From positions 73,535,447 through 73,599,446 of the forward strand of contig NC_057719.1 in the NCBI RefSeq assembly GCF_004010195.1: a stretch of DNA of 64,000 nt. Reading direction: 5' to 3'. Positions 49,821-61,974 of this stretch are shown here, one piece after another. This DNA is from Chiloscyllium plagiosum. Lineage: Eukaryota. Within the stretch, counting starts at the first letter, position 1; every line of letters begins with the position of its first letter. The notes under the pieces were generated by a model. That model saw nothing but the letters and a program-made list of their open reading frames with translations. It had not been told where the DNA came from and did no database searches. The position numbers and the translations under genes are program-made.

Positions 49821-52374
49821 AAAAAACAATTAACCACCCAAGGCCTGTCTTGAGTTAATTTGGCTGCAGTGGTCATCAAACCATCCAGGTATTACTTTAG
49901 GTGAACATAGTGTTAACTTTTCATTCAGCTTGGAGAAGTGGAGATGCTTTGCTGTTTGTGCCTGGTGTACTGTATATAGAATGGGAAGTGGTAGCATTAC
50001 CAGCTCAAGTGCTACCACAGATTAACAAGGAATGAATGGTTGCATAGTTTAAAGATGACCGAGTGAATAATTTTTGCAGCATTGACTTACCATGTTCGTC
50101 GTGCAGGGAGTGGGATGGTTAACAGCTGTTGCTGATAAAGCAGTATCTGAGATATTTAAAGACAAGGAGGCAGGAATTTGGCAGCTGAGGTGACACCAAT
50201 GGTCTAACCCTAATTTCAGGGCGAGAGGGAGTTTTGGGGGTTGTATAGAAGGCAGTCTTCTCTATACTATAGTGCTTCTTGAATGTAACAGTCTTTATGT
50301 ATCTGGCCCCTTGAGATATTGTGCATTGGCAATGAATTTAGTGATACCGTTATCGACAAGCCACGCCTTCACATACTTTTTCTTTGAGATCCAAAACCAC
50401 TTTACTCCTACTGTTGGTAGTTACAGAATGTATCATCATTAAATGATATATGTACTTACGGCAGTTGTTTGTCTCAGGGACAGCTCCACAATTTTACATG
50501 CTTTCAAAATGGAAACGTATATTTTTATGGAGACTGTTTTAGAGCTCATTAGCATCAAAATTGTTCAGTGGATTAATAAATATGTAAATTTTCAGAGGGG
50601 ACCTTTTGTCAAAAAGGAGTTTCTGCCAATGTCCTTCGAATGATTCTCTCTCGTTGTCGAGAAACATGACGCAGCAGATGCAATCATTCAACCTTCCAGT
50701 GGTGACCTGCCCACACTTTAAAACGACCAATGAAGTTTGGTGTTAGCGATTCAAACCGTCATATGTTGTTTGTGTAGCACTGATGTCTCCTTCACACCAA
50801 TGCCTGTGGAAGCATGTTGCTCTCCTATTGGAAACCTGGAGTTTCATTCACTGTTGTGTTCACAAGGTAGACGTGACTAGATCATTTTATTAATGTCCTG
50901 TTAATGTGTGCTTATTACTCAGTTATAAATTCACGTAAGTCGTTCCAAGTTATCTCATCTATTTGTTATAATGGAGGAGTTTCAACCTTCTCGCCTTGGG
51001 TTGAACAGTGACAAGTAAGATTCTGGATGGGTGGATTCTCAATAGCTGCAGGGCACTGGAAGTCAAATGTGGGAATAGCACTTACCAAAGAGTATCCATT
51101 ACTCAGCATGTCACCTGGTGTGAGGGAACAGTACACAAAGTGAATAGAATGGTGTGTGACCTGTTATGATATGGGCAGAGAAGCCATGATGGAGACCTCT
51201 GCCCAGATAAGACTGTATGTAGGATAGGGTCCCTGCCAACTGAAAATGAACTGAGTATGGTAATGGGTATTAAAGCATGCCAATAAGCAGGGATGGAGGC
51301 AAAGATTGTTGCATTGAAAGTGGAATTATGTAATTGTGCCAGTGCTATGAGGATGTGATGGACATAAGATTTGCTTTGGGGGCGAAAAAGAGAACTCCCG
51401 TTCCTCCTGGCTCACAAACAGTGCTCTAAAAAGCACTTGACTGCTTGATCTAACCGCTCCTAATTCCATTTAGCTGCTGACCTTTGGGAAATCTGGCTGA
51501 CTAGCATTATGTAATCCTAACTGTGCTGCGAGAGCCCAACGTAAATAAGAGATCCTGTCTGCTCAAGATGACAGAAATGCATCATTCAGTCGCTGCCGTC
51601 AAAATGTATTTGAAACCTTTTAGTGGAAACACCTTTGGGGTCAGGGGAAAGAAGTGAAGCTGAGTTGGACAGTGTGGGTACTTGTCTTGCCTGTTGTTGA
51701 AGAGTGGAATTGAAAGTATCTAAGTGGCAGGATGACCAGTACTTAATAAAACTAGAAGTACTGGAGAATTCATGCATCTGCAGAATTCATGTTTCAAGTC
51801 TGAACTGAATCTTCTTCAGTCTTGCTGTTCTGTCTAAAGGTGTTGCCAAACCTGTTGACTTTCATCAGCATTTTCTCTTTTTCTAATTCCCAGCATCCAA
51901 TGTTTTTGTTTTAACTTTTTTTTTACCAATTCTTGAATTGTTTTTCCTCATGCAATCAGATAAATTATCAATGGACAATGATAGAAAACGATTTCAAAGC
52001 CAGGATTGTTGAAGTACAAATAATTCTCCTGTAAGTAATTCTTATTTGGATATCAGACCACCTCCATAACAATTCTAGAATGTAGCAAGGTTACTAATGT
52101 CAGGGAAATGCTAGCACTGTCCCCAAACATTAATTCCAAAGAGGCTGTTCCTTGATTTACCAATCCTTGTATCTTGTTTGTGCACAATGAAGCATTGAAA
52201 ATTTTATCTTATTCTCTCATTTCCCTTTTCCCTTTCACATCCCAAAGATTTCAGTGGATAGCCAAGTTATTTCATTCTGATGTAAGGTTTGTCATTATAT
52301 TGGGTTATGAGTATATACATATATTTATTTGTTATGTAGCTTCCATTAACTTGAACAGTATTTCCACACAGCAA

Positions 52375-53020
52375 CTAAACAAGCCCCACTTGCCTGCATT
52401 TAGCCCATATCCCTCGAAACTGTTGCTATTCATGTATTTATCTTTTAAATGTTATAAACTATACTTGCATCTACTACTTCATTGGCAATTCATTCCCCAC
52501 TTGGAGAAAGTGAGGACTGCAGATGCTGAAGATCAGAGCTGAAAAATGTGTTGCTGGAAAAGTGCAGCAGGTCAGGCAGCATCCAAGGAGCAGGAGAATC
52601 GACGTTTTGGGCATAAGCCCTTCTTCAGGAAACGTCGATTCTCCTACTCCTTTGATGCTGCCTGACCTGCTGTGCTTTTCCAGCAACACATTTTTCAATT
52701 CATTCCCCACACCAGCCACTCACTGTGTTAAAAAAGAGTTCCACCTCATGTCATTTTTAAAACTTTCTCCCCTCGCCTTAAAACTATGCCCCCTAGTTTT
52801 GAACTCCCCCACCTTAGAGAAAGATCCTTGCTGTTCACCTTTTCTAATTCCCTCATGATTGCATAAACCTCTATAAGGTCGCCCCTCAACCTCCTACGCT
52901 TCAGTGAAAAAAGTCCCAGCCTGTTCAAAATATTTTTATAACTCAAACTTCCTATTCTTGGTAACATCCTAGTAAATCCTTTTTGAATCCTTTCCAATTT
53001 AATAATATCCTACCTATTCA
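52375..53020 (-). mobile_element. CR1 3' fragment (minus strand) interrupted by a PLE hairpin
   Basis: ORF 52746-52997 ERIQKGFTRMLP...LGLFSLKRRRLRGDLIEVY. Confidence 0.88.
52501..52695. mobile_element. PLE (family 1) hairpin insertion
   Basis: Inverted arms; perfect 15-bp TSD CAATTCATTCCCCAC (52486-52500 / 52696-52710). Confidence 0.93.
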
Positions 53021-53191
53021 AAGTAGTTTTGGCACCTTTGTTTTATATCACAGCTGAAACCCTTCTGAGGGGTGATTTTTGTGCCAATAATTGGCATAAT
53101 TGTTTTCTGTCCTCCATGTAAATTCTCCAACTGATGTTCACAACCATGCGCTTGACCTTGTCATGCTATGTGGTCACGCTTGTCCTGTTGT

Positions 53192-53396
53192 ACAGGTCAT
53201 TCTGCTATATAATGCGTGTCTCCTCAACACGAATTTGCTGTAATGCAATTGACAAATTGGGAACATTGTTTCTAAAGCACAAGCTTTTAAAATGTATGTT
53301 GGCTATAATGTGATTACATCGCCAACACTTTAAGTGCTGTTTCTAAAGTGGGGTTACACAAGAACACAACCACCGTGTCATAGAAGAACTGAATAT
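53192..53396. mobile_element. Older Tigger-like MITE
   Basis: TA-CAGGTCATTCTGCTATA...CATAGAAGAACTGA imperfect TIRs; a related end occurs at ~4820-4860. Confidence 0.55.
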
Positions 53397-53699
53397 CAAT
53401 TTCAGGTAAGACCCCCCTCTCCGTTTCTTAACATCATTCATTAGCTACAATCCTTCTTTCTGTATCTGTTCCTGTGAAAAACTGACCCCAATTCACTTGC
53501 AATGGCTCTTCCAAAATCCCAACAATACAGCTTTTGGTGTTCTATTGAGCACAGCTTTTCTGCAGCTACGGTGACCTTAGCTCCGTTTTTGTGCTCTACA
53601 ATCTCTTCCATAGGTATTCCTTTTGGTAGGGATCTCATCTTCGCTCCCTTAAATCCAAGTGATACTGACTTGAAAAGATGTGATAGACACCTTTTTTTT

Positions 53700-55200
53700 T
53701 TTAGCAATCAAGCACCAGATCTAATTAGATCATCCAAAATACACTTGTCCTGAATGCTTTTGTCTGCTAAAATTACTCAATATTCCTGTAGCATCCTGAA
53801 TGCAAAGATGATTGCTGTTTTTTTTAAACTCATGCAAGCTATCCACCAAACGTTTGTCCCTATTCCCCTCCACTTTCAACTCCAAGAAGAAATGTGAGAG
53901 GAGGTTGTGAACTTCTTTTTCATGAACTAATCATTAATCTAATCATTTACCTCTGCCTTGCCCTCACTTCCACTAGCCTGTTTCCCAAAACTTCCTTTCT
54001 TGTCCTAGCCCTGATACCACATTTTTAGCTAGCTTCTCTCATGTCTCCCCTAACACTCTCTCTGAGTTCATCTTGTCTGTTGAGACATCTCCTGTTCCCT
54101 TGATCAGATTCCCATTAACTTGTTGAGCATCCAATTTGCATCCCCCCCGCCCTCCTTGTTATTTGATATTGTAAATAGCTGTCTCTCCCCTGGTGTTGTT
54201 AATCTCTCTTTTAAATCTGTCACTGGCCCCACTATCTTTGCAAGGTATCATCTCATCTCAATTTTTCCTTTCCTCTCCAAAGTCCTTGAAACTGTTGTCT
54301 CTCAAATCTGTTCCAATCTTTTATGGAACTCTGTCTTTGAATCCTTTCCATCGTGTTTCCATACTAGCCTTAACACTGAAAGCAAAGTTCCAAGGGCAGT
54401 CTATGTGAGTGTAACAAGAGTAAACCTTGACCTGTCTATCACCTTTGATCTGATTGAGCACACTGTCCTCCTCTAGGGACTCTCCAGTTTCAGATGTTTT
54501 CAAATCAACCTGCCCAGAGATGGCATTGCATGCCTCTGGAGTTGGTGGGACTTGAATATGGGCCTTCTGACTCAGATGTAGGGACACTACCACTGTGCCA
54601 CAGAGCCCTTCTCTCCACTTTCAGCTGTTTCTTTAGTCAGCTTCTTTAGATGTGTGATACACTGTGAAGCAGGCTGCTTGTACCCGTGCCTTCTGGCTTA
54701 GAGGCTGGACCAATATCACTACCTTTCTCTCCATGTTCATCCAGTACCTCCACTCTATTACCTAATCGTGACTGGAGAATCATTTGCAATGACTTCTCTT
54801 CCCACTATCTCAGCATGACCTCTGATATCTGCCGTGGATTTATCCCTGGTTACTTAATTTACGTGTTATCTATTGGTGATATAATCTGAAGGAACCGCAT
54901 TTGTTTTTATCCAAAGCACCACACCCAGCTCCACCTCACTCCTATGCTTAGAACAATACAGCGCAGAACAGGCCCTTCGGCCCCTTGTTGCCTGCCTTAC
55001 CGTTGCTAAATTACCCACTGCTTTTTTAACATTCTGTTCAACGTGAGCTGAAATTTCTTCCAATTAAAGATTGGGAAGATGAAAGTTTTGTTTTCAATTC
55101 TTGCTCCAAATGCCTGCTCCATGGCTATGCATCTCCCTGGCAATAGCCTGAGGCTGTGCCAATTTGGTTGCAAGCTTGATCTGACATTTGACTTCAGGAT
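53700..55200 (+). mobile_element. Decayed L2 LINE (RT region) with nested SINE and CR1 tails
   Basis: LLFDIVNSCLSPGVV...YHLISIFPFLSKVLETVVSQI...FESFPSCF...LDLSITFDLIEHTVLL resembles L2 RT (NYRPISNLPFLSKVLE...LDLSAAFDTVDH). Confidence 0.8.
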
Positions 55201-55984
55201 TGAGCTGAGCTAGCTGATTTCCCTGTGAGGATTCGTATGGAGGTCAACAAAGCAAAAAAATCAAATTTATCAAAAAAAGTTCAATGGCAAACCAATGAAG
55301 AATTTGTAAAACTGTAACAATCAAAACAAAATTGACATAAAGTAAACATGATTAACCAGGCATGTTCTGGTTAACATAAACCATAAATTACACCAGGTCT
55401 CAGACAGGCATGGCTTCGCTTTTACAGACTTCAAGCTTTTCTTTGAGGATTTAGCCACCCATCCTTGTCTGACAGCAGCTCCCACCATCTCAAGTTCTAC
55501 AGGTACAGTCTTCAGCCAAAATGGTGCACTTCTGCAGAACCATTTCAGCTCTGCTCAGTGCAGCCCCGATAGTGCAGATTCATCTTGAGCAACACCCTTT
55601 GTGTCCTGCATGGTCAGCTCTGGTCAGTCAGTTCCTAGAAGATAACTGAAGCAGCGAGAGAGACATCCCTTTGCCTTGGCTCTGCTCCCAGATCCTGCCT
55701 TTTGCTCACATGTTTCTTTTAACTGCACACACCCTCTCCTCCCCAAAGCATGACCTGGTGAAATGGGCCAGTATTCATGCTGCATCATAGGCCATATGTG
55801 CCTTTTCCATGCCTGGGTCACATGAACAGTCCCTACTGATAACAACATGAGTAAAATAAAACAAGAAATAACTTGCAATCGCTGCATGTGTTACTGTTGA
55901 GCCCTGGAACAAGGACTAGGACAGGGAGCTGCAGTCTTTATCTGAGCTATGATTGCTAGTCCCACCACCGCACATGTGTGTTGC

Positions 55985-56168
55985 TGTCACCTTGCACAGA
56001 CTCCATCGCCTTGCACTGACCCCATCACCTCACACAATCTCCATTGCCGCACAGTCTCCCAACACCTTGTACAGACACCTTCGTCTCACACAGACACCAT
56101 CGTCTCGCACAGACTCCATCACCTCGCACAGTCTCCAACACATCGCACAGTCTCCATCGCCTCGCACA
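55985..56168 (+). repeat. ~19-bp minisatellite running into an assembly gap
   Basis: About 9 degenerate units of CGCCTCGCACAGACTCCAT. Confidence 0.85.
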
Positions 56169-56668
56169 NNNNNNNNNNNNNNNNNNNNNNNNNNNNNNNN
56201 NNNNNNNNNNNNNNNNNNNNNNNNNNNNNNNNNNNNNNNNNNNNNNNNNNNNNNNNNNNNNNNNNNNNNNNNNNNNNNNNNNNNNNNNNNNNNNNNNNNN
56301 NNNNNNNNNNNNNNNNNNNNNNNNNNNNNNNNNNNNNNNNNNNNNNNNNNNNNNNNNNNNNNNNNNNNNNNNNNNNNNNNNNNNNNNNNNNNNNNNNNNN
56401 NNNNNNNNNNNNNNNNNNNNNNNNNNNNNNNNNNNNNNNNNNNNNNNNNNNNNNNNNNNNNNNNNNNNNNNNNNNNNNNNNNNNNNNNNNNNNNNNNNNN
56501 NNNNNNNNNNNNNNNNNNNNNNNNNNNNNNNNNNNNNNNNNNNNNNNNNNNNNNNNNNNNNNNNNNNNNNNNNNNNNNNNNNNNNNNNNNNNNNNNNNNN
56601 NNNNNNNNNNNNNNNNNNNNNNNNNNNNNNNNNNNNNNNNNNNNNNNNNNNNNNNNNNNNNNNNNNNN
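56169..56668. other. Assembly gap (500 N)
   Basis: N run. Confidence 1.
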
Positions 56669-57463
56669 GTTGCGAATGGTTCTGCTGCGAAATGAAACCT
56701 GGAAGTTGATTAATGTAACCCCAGTGTTCCTCCTTCCGTCGAAGGGGTTTTCAGAGTTTAAAGTGCCTTGTCCAGAAACGTGGCTTAATGTAGTGCCAGT
56801 GGATGACCACATGCAGCCAGTACAACAGGACCTTTGAGTGCATGTGACCAGTACAGCTGGCATTGCAGACAATCGTAATGCATGTGTGCTGTGTGTTTAT
56901 TTTGATGCAGAAGTGCGGAACTGTGAGTCACCGCATCAGCTCCAGTATATCATTCACAGCTGTGAACCGGTTACACTTGTCAGAGTCTTAAGCCCCCAAA
57001 AGAATTTTCAGGAGATAAATTTCAGGACATAATTCATTTCATCAAACTTGGGCAACACAACAACGAACAAAGCTTCTGTTTGCTTGCTTGGTTGAGTATT
57101 CGATCTACATTCCAGTTAATGGCTTGTTGTATCAGTAACAGTCTGTCTATGATGTCTCTGTTGGAAGCGGGGAGCAATCACGCTCTGTGCAGTTGTTAGA
57201 TGCTGCTTTACAGCATGTTTGTACATGCAAGACCTCCATCTACTGGACAGAGTGTGTTGTGAAATTTTCAGAGGTGCTTGCACCATTCTTGCTGCATTAT
57301 TATCACAGCAGCTGAATGCCTCCAGTGAAAAGAATGTATCAACCATCCTCACAGTGATCTAAAGTTGCAGCCCCTATCATGTAGCTCATAAAACACTGGG
57401 ATATTTCTTTTGTCGAGAAGCTGTTTTGTGTTAAAGCGTTGTTTCTTCCTGCAGAGAGGCCTT

Positions 57464-57490
57464 ATGAGAGAAAGAGGAAGACAAATATAG
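57464..57490 (+). promoter_or_regulatory. Short upstream ORF (MRERGRQI*) in the 5' UTR part of the SPTB exon
   Basis: ATG AGA GAA AGA GGA AGA CAA ATA TAG, out of frame with the main ATG and ending 10 nt before it. Confidence 0.5.
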
Positions 57491-57500
57491 GAGCAGCACA

Positions 57501-57651
57501 ATGACATCGGCCACAGATTTTGATAATGTGGAGATTCAACAGCAGTACAGCCACATTAATGCTCGCTGGGAACTCTCGGATGAAGGTGAACTCGATAACG
57601 ACAACAGCTCGGCAAGGTTGTTTGAGCGTTCCAGGATCAAAGCTCTTTCAG
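57501..57651 (+). CDS. SPTB: First coding exon of beta-spectrin, erythrocytic/beta-I type (partial CDS; continues beyond the window)
   Basis: Manual translation: [50 protein letters not shown] plus 1 nt, then donor G|GTAAAA at 57652. This matches the beta-spectrin N-terminus as I recall it (human SPTB MTSATEFENV...INARWD...[23 protein letters not shown]). Acceptor TTTCTTCCTGCAG ends at 57454, so the exon is 57455-57651, followed by a phase-1 intron. SPTB is preferred over SPTBN1 because of MTSAT, INARW and ELDNDNSS. Confidence 0.93.
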
Positions 57652-59777
57652 GTAAAAGCTGCTGAACTCTAGATTATTTTCTGAGAATTTAGTTGGATAG
57701 TCCTCGTGCTAGCATCTTTTCAGGTTTGGTAATGTGTTGGATCCCTTGGGCATAAGAAATTATGTAAATTCAAACCATTGCCTTTATGACGATTAATATT
57801 TTCAATAAATGCACATCAGTCTGAAAACTGTGCCTTATTTCTCAGCGAGGGGAAGAAAAAGGTTTGCTTTCACCTGTGACGTGCCTGTGAAAGTAAATCT
57901 TGAGGATTGGCAGCAGGACTCTGGCTTTCAGTGTTGAATTTCTGAGAGGAAGTTTGAGTAAATTGGGATTGCTTAGCAAAAAAATGTCTAGAAGACTTAA
58001 TAAGTGTAATGTCCATATTTTTCTGCCTGTTATTGTCATTGTGACTGAAAATAGCCTCAACATCTCATCCATCGGATTTTGGGTTAGCAAGATCCTATGA
58101 AATCCTGGAAAAATTTCTGACATTCAACTTCATACACTTGAAAATAATCAGCGTGTTGAAAATATCTTGAATTATGGCTGTTTTAACATCCTCTGCTCAA
58201 AGGATGATCAAATCACACAAGCCATTCATGCAGTTAGTCTGGGGCACCACTCATTGTGATCTGTCACTCATTTGTGGAGAAACAGCACTCTGTAAATGTG
58301 TTTTTAAAAAGGCACTTCTCCCTAAAGTGTTTGTCAAACCTCAGAGATGTTTGTATGTGTTAGCTTGCAGATGCAATCAAAAACCAATACAGCCAGATAT
58401 TAAGTAGTTCTAATGTCTGCTGATCAGATGTTGCTCACATTGTCATTGAAATCATTGTACTTATAAAAAAACTTTTTGCTTTTAAGGGAAGAGACAAAGC
58501 AAGCTATTGATTTCCCGTTGCATTCCTGACCTGAGAAAACCTGGCCTCTTCTAAAGGATAGCAGCCAAACAGTTGTAAATGCAGAAAAGTATCCAACTGC
58601 AATTAGTCTATGTAGTGGCCCACAGGATCTGCTATTTGGAGCACTTGCTTTTGGACGTTCTTGAGAGTTAGCTTTGTTGGGAGAGACATGATAGCAGTAT
58701 TCTGATGCCAGACATACCCATCAGACATCTGCTTATTTTTTTAACCGAAAACAAAGGCAAATCATTAAACACATCTGGCAAAGTTCTCATTTTAAATGCT
58801 TAAGCTTTCCTGACGCTCAATGTACAAGTTTTGAAATTGAATATTCGTAATCGGTTGTTCCAGAAACTGAAATTTATTTGCTGTCCAGTGAGATGTCTTC
58901 AATGTTATCATTCAAGCAAGATTCATTATGATAAGTGAAGTCATCAAGTCATGCTCTCGACTTGGGTATTATGTTGTGCAACATGTGCATCTAGAATACT
59001 CGGCAAGGTTTCTTTTTCTTTGATTTCTTTCAACTCACTCTCTGCTGAAGATGCAGCATATTTTCTCTGACGTAAGTGTTCTCCAGTTCGTCATCAAGAT
59101 AGTGACCATATACCTGAATGGGTTGTTAACTCACTGTCCAACTATCGAGGGATATCACGGTTGAACTCAATCCTATCCTCAGCCAGTGCTGCCGGATACA
59201 CATTTGAAGCAGTGGTGACTGGAAAGCCATTGGAAACAGGTGTTTTGCCCAGTCTCCCTTTACTCTATATGTCATTCAGTAACAATATAGACCAGGGATT
59301 GAAACTGGGGTTTTGCAAGTTTGTGTAACTGAACTATCAGGCAACGGAAAAGAAAATGAAGCTGACCTTTTCCCACCTCTTTTCACATTTACTTGGTGTC
59401 ATTTTTGAATGTTGTTCGACATGAATGCCTAAAGAGGGGAAGGATTTCATTTTGACTGAATTACAGTTTTAATATCCAAATGGTTGAAGTATGTGACATA
59501 CAGACCAGTTCAAGTTGTAATGGGTATTTAACAGCCTTAATAGGATATTGCTTAAGATAAAGTAAATTTTTTAAATATATTTTTCTTAGGTTGGCAGAAG
59601 CAGGTTAGCTGTGCTTTTCTGTCTTTTTAAATAATCAAAGGAAAAGGGCAAACTACAAGGAAAACTGGCAGGTTTGATAAGTCGGGAAAATGCAGAAAGT
59701 AGACCTGAGGAATGTCAGATCAGCCATGATCCTATTGAATGGCAGAGCAGACGTGACGGGCTGAATGGCCTACTCCT

Positions 59778-59950
59778 GTTAACAGTTTGAGTCCGGTGAC
59801 TCTTCATCATAGTTGTGAAGAAGGGTCACTGTACTCATAACGTTAACTCTGCTTTCTCCCCACAGACGCTGCCAGACCTGCTGAGTTTCTCCAGCAATTT
59901 CAGTTTTTGTTTCAGATCTCCTGCGTCTGCAATACATTGCTTTGTTTCAG
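59778..59950. mobile_element. PLE family-2 inverted pLTR remnant with two decayed hammerhead cores
   Basis: GTTAACAGTTTGAGTCCGGTGACTCTTCATCA is inverted relative to TGAAGAAGGGTCACTGTACTCATAACGTTAAC; the downstream sequence matches 7640-7730. Confidence 0.7.
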
Positions 59951-60007
59951 CGTCTGACCCTGCTTCTATTTCTCTGACGGCCATATGATGTATAAATCTC
60001 TCTTTAT

Positions 60008-61533
60008 AGAATATGACGAGAACGAGGGTAGGTCCAATCAAGGACAGTAGTGGGAGACTGTGTATTGAGTCGGAAGAGATAGGAGAGGTCTTGAACAAGT
60101 ACTTCTCTTCAGTATTTATGAACGAGAGGGACCATATTGTAGAAGAGGAGAGTGTGAAATGGACTGGTAAGCTAGAAGAGATACCTGTTAAGAAGGAAGA
60201 TGTGTTGGACATTTTGAACAACTTGAGGAAAGACAAGTCCCCTGGGCCTGACGGGATATATCCTAGGACTATGTGGGAAGCAAGAGAGGAAATTGCACTA
60301 CCATTGGCAATGATCTTTTCGTCTTCACTGTCAACGGGGGTGGTGCCAGGAGAATGACGAATGTTGTGCCCCGTTCAAAAAAGGGAATAGGGATAACCCC
60401 GGGAATTACAGGCCAGTTAGTCTTACTTCGGTGGGAGGTAAAGTAATAGAAAGGGTACTGAGGGATAGGATTTACGAGTATCTGGAAAGACACTGCTTGA
60501 TTAGGGACAGCCAGCACGGATTTGCGAAGGGTAGNNNNNNNNNNNNNNNNNNNNNNNNNNNNNNNNNNNNNNNNNNNNNNNNNNNNNNNNNNNNNNNNNN
60601 NNNNNNNNNNNNNNNNNNNNNNNNNNNNNNNNNNNNNNNNNNNNNNNNNNNNNNNNNNNNNNNNNNNNNNNNNNNNNNNNNNNNNNNNNNNNNNNNNNNN
60701 NNNNNNNNNNNNNNNNNNNNNNNNNNNNNNNNNNNNNNNNNNNNNNNNNNNNNNNNNNNNNNNNNNNNNNNNNNNNNNNNNNNNNNNNNNNNNNNNNNNN
60801 NNNNNNNNNNNNNNNNNNNNNNNNNNNNNNNNNNNNNNNNNNNNNNNNNNNNNNNNNNNNNNNNNNNNNNNNNNNNNNNNNNNNNNNNNNNNNNNNNNNN
60901 NNNNNNNNNNNNNNNNNNNNNNNNNNNNNNNNNNNNNNNNNNNNNNNNNNNNNNNNNNNNNNNNNNNNNNNNNNNNNNNNNNNNNNNNNNNNNNNNNNNN
61001 NNNNNNNNNNNNNNNNNNNNNNNNNNNNNNNNNNNNNNNNNNNNNNNNNNNNNNNNNNNNNNNNNNNNNNNNNNNNNNNNNNNNNNNNNNNNNNNNNNNN
61101 NNNNNNNNNNNNNNNNNNNNNNNNNNNNNNNNNNNNNNNNNNNNNNNNNNNNNNNNNNNNNNNNNNNNNNNNNNNNNNNNNNNNNNNNNNNNNNNNNNNN
61201 NNNNNNNNNNNNNNNNNNNNNNNNNNNNNNNNNNNNNNNNNNNNNNNNNNNNNNNNNNNNNNNNNGTTCAACAGAGTGTTACAAGGGGACATAAATTTAA
61301 GGTGAAGGGTGGAAGGTATAGGGGAGATGTCAGGGGTGGGTTCTTTACCCAGAGAGTGGTGGGGGCATGGAATGCGCTGCCCGTGGGAGTGGTAGAGTCG
61401 GAATCATTGGCGACCTTTAAGCGGCATTTGGATAGGTACATGGATGGGTACTTAATCTAGGTTAGAAGTTCGGCACAACATTGTGGGCCGAAGGGCCTGT
61501 TCTGTGCTGTATTGTTCTATGTTCTATGTTCTA
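60008..61533 (+). mobile_element. Relatively young CR1 LINE spanning an assembly gap
   Basis: RVGPIKDSSG...LNKYFSSVF...KSPGPDGIYPR...GVVP; QHGF before the gap; TRGHKFKV...WNALP after it; (GTTCTAT)n tail. Confidence 0.92.
60535..61265. other. Assembly gap (731 N)
   Basis: N run. Confidence 1.
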
Positions 61534-61974
61534 ACCGTGTTGTAATTCAGGACATCTTGGAGTTGGTAGTATTTCTACACAAAAGACAACACTGGAACAA
61601 TGTTTTTGATCAATCTAAAACCAACTGCCTTTGAAAGAGATTGTAAGAAAAATTGCATTGAAAATATAGAAAGGCTGGAGCAATATGCAGTAAATGATGG
61701 TTAATCTCAACTTGGTGCGTTCAATATACAGCATTGCTGCCTATGATTTTAAGTCAATCAGAGACCAGTGGTTTTTCCAATTTGTTTTGAGCTTAGGCAA
61801 CTAATGAACAACAATAATGGCTCATGTTGTTTTTTGGTGAAGGTAGCCTGTTAGCGAAACTGGTCATTCTTGGTGTAGAAATTGAATGATGGCAAACTAT
61901 GTGTAAGTTAGCTTGTGCTTTCATTCTTGTTTTCAGTTTCATTCGTTGATGAGAAACCAAAGTCTTGTAACTTT

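Noticed and set aside
9063..52710. Dispersed palindromic repeats as a CRISPR array, terminators or TIR MITEs
   Set aside because: They are not regularly spaced, and the context is eukaryotic. The ends are asymmetric, arm lengths vary, TSDs are long and variable, and the sequence is identical to the 3' end of RT/GIY-YIG-encoding PLEs.
55949..56872. Long ORFs of 221-294 aa
   Set aside because: Artefacts of the N gap and the minisatellite.
60431..61460. Long ORFs of 263-312 aa
   Set aside because: They span the N gap; the flanks are CR1 ORF2.
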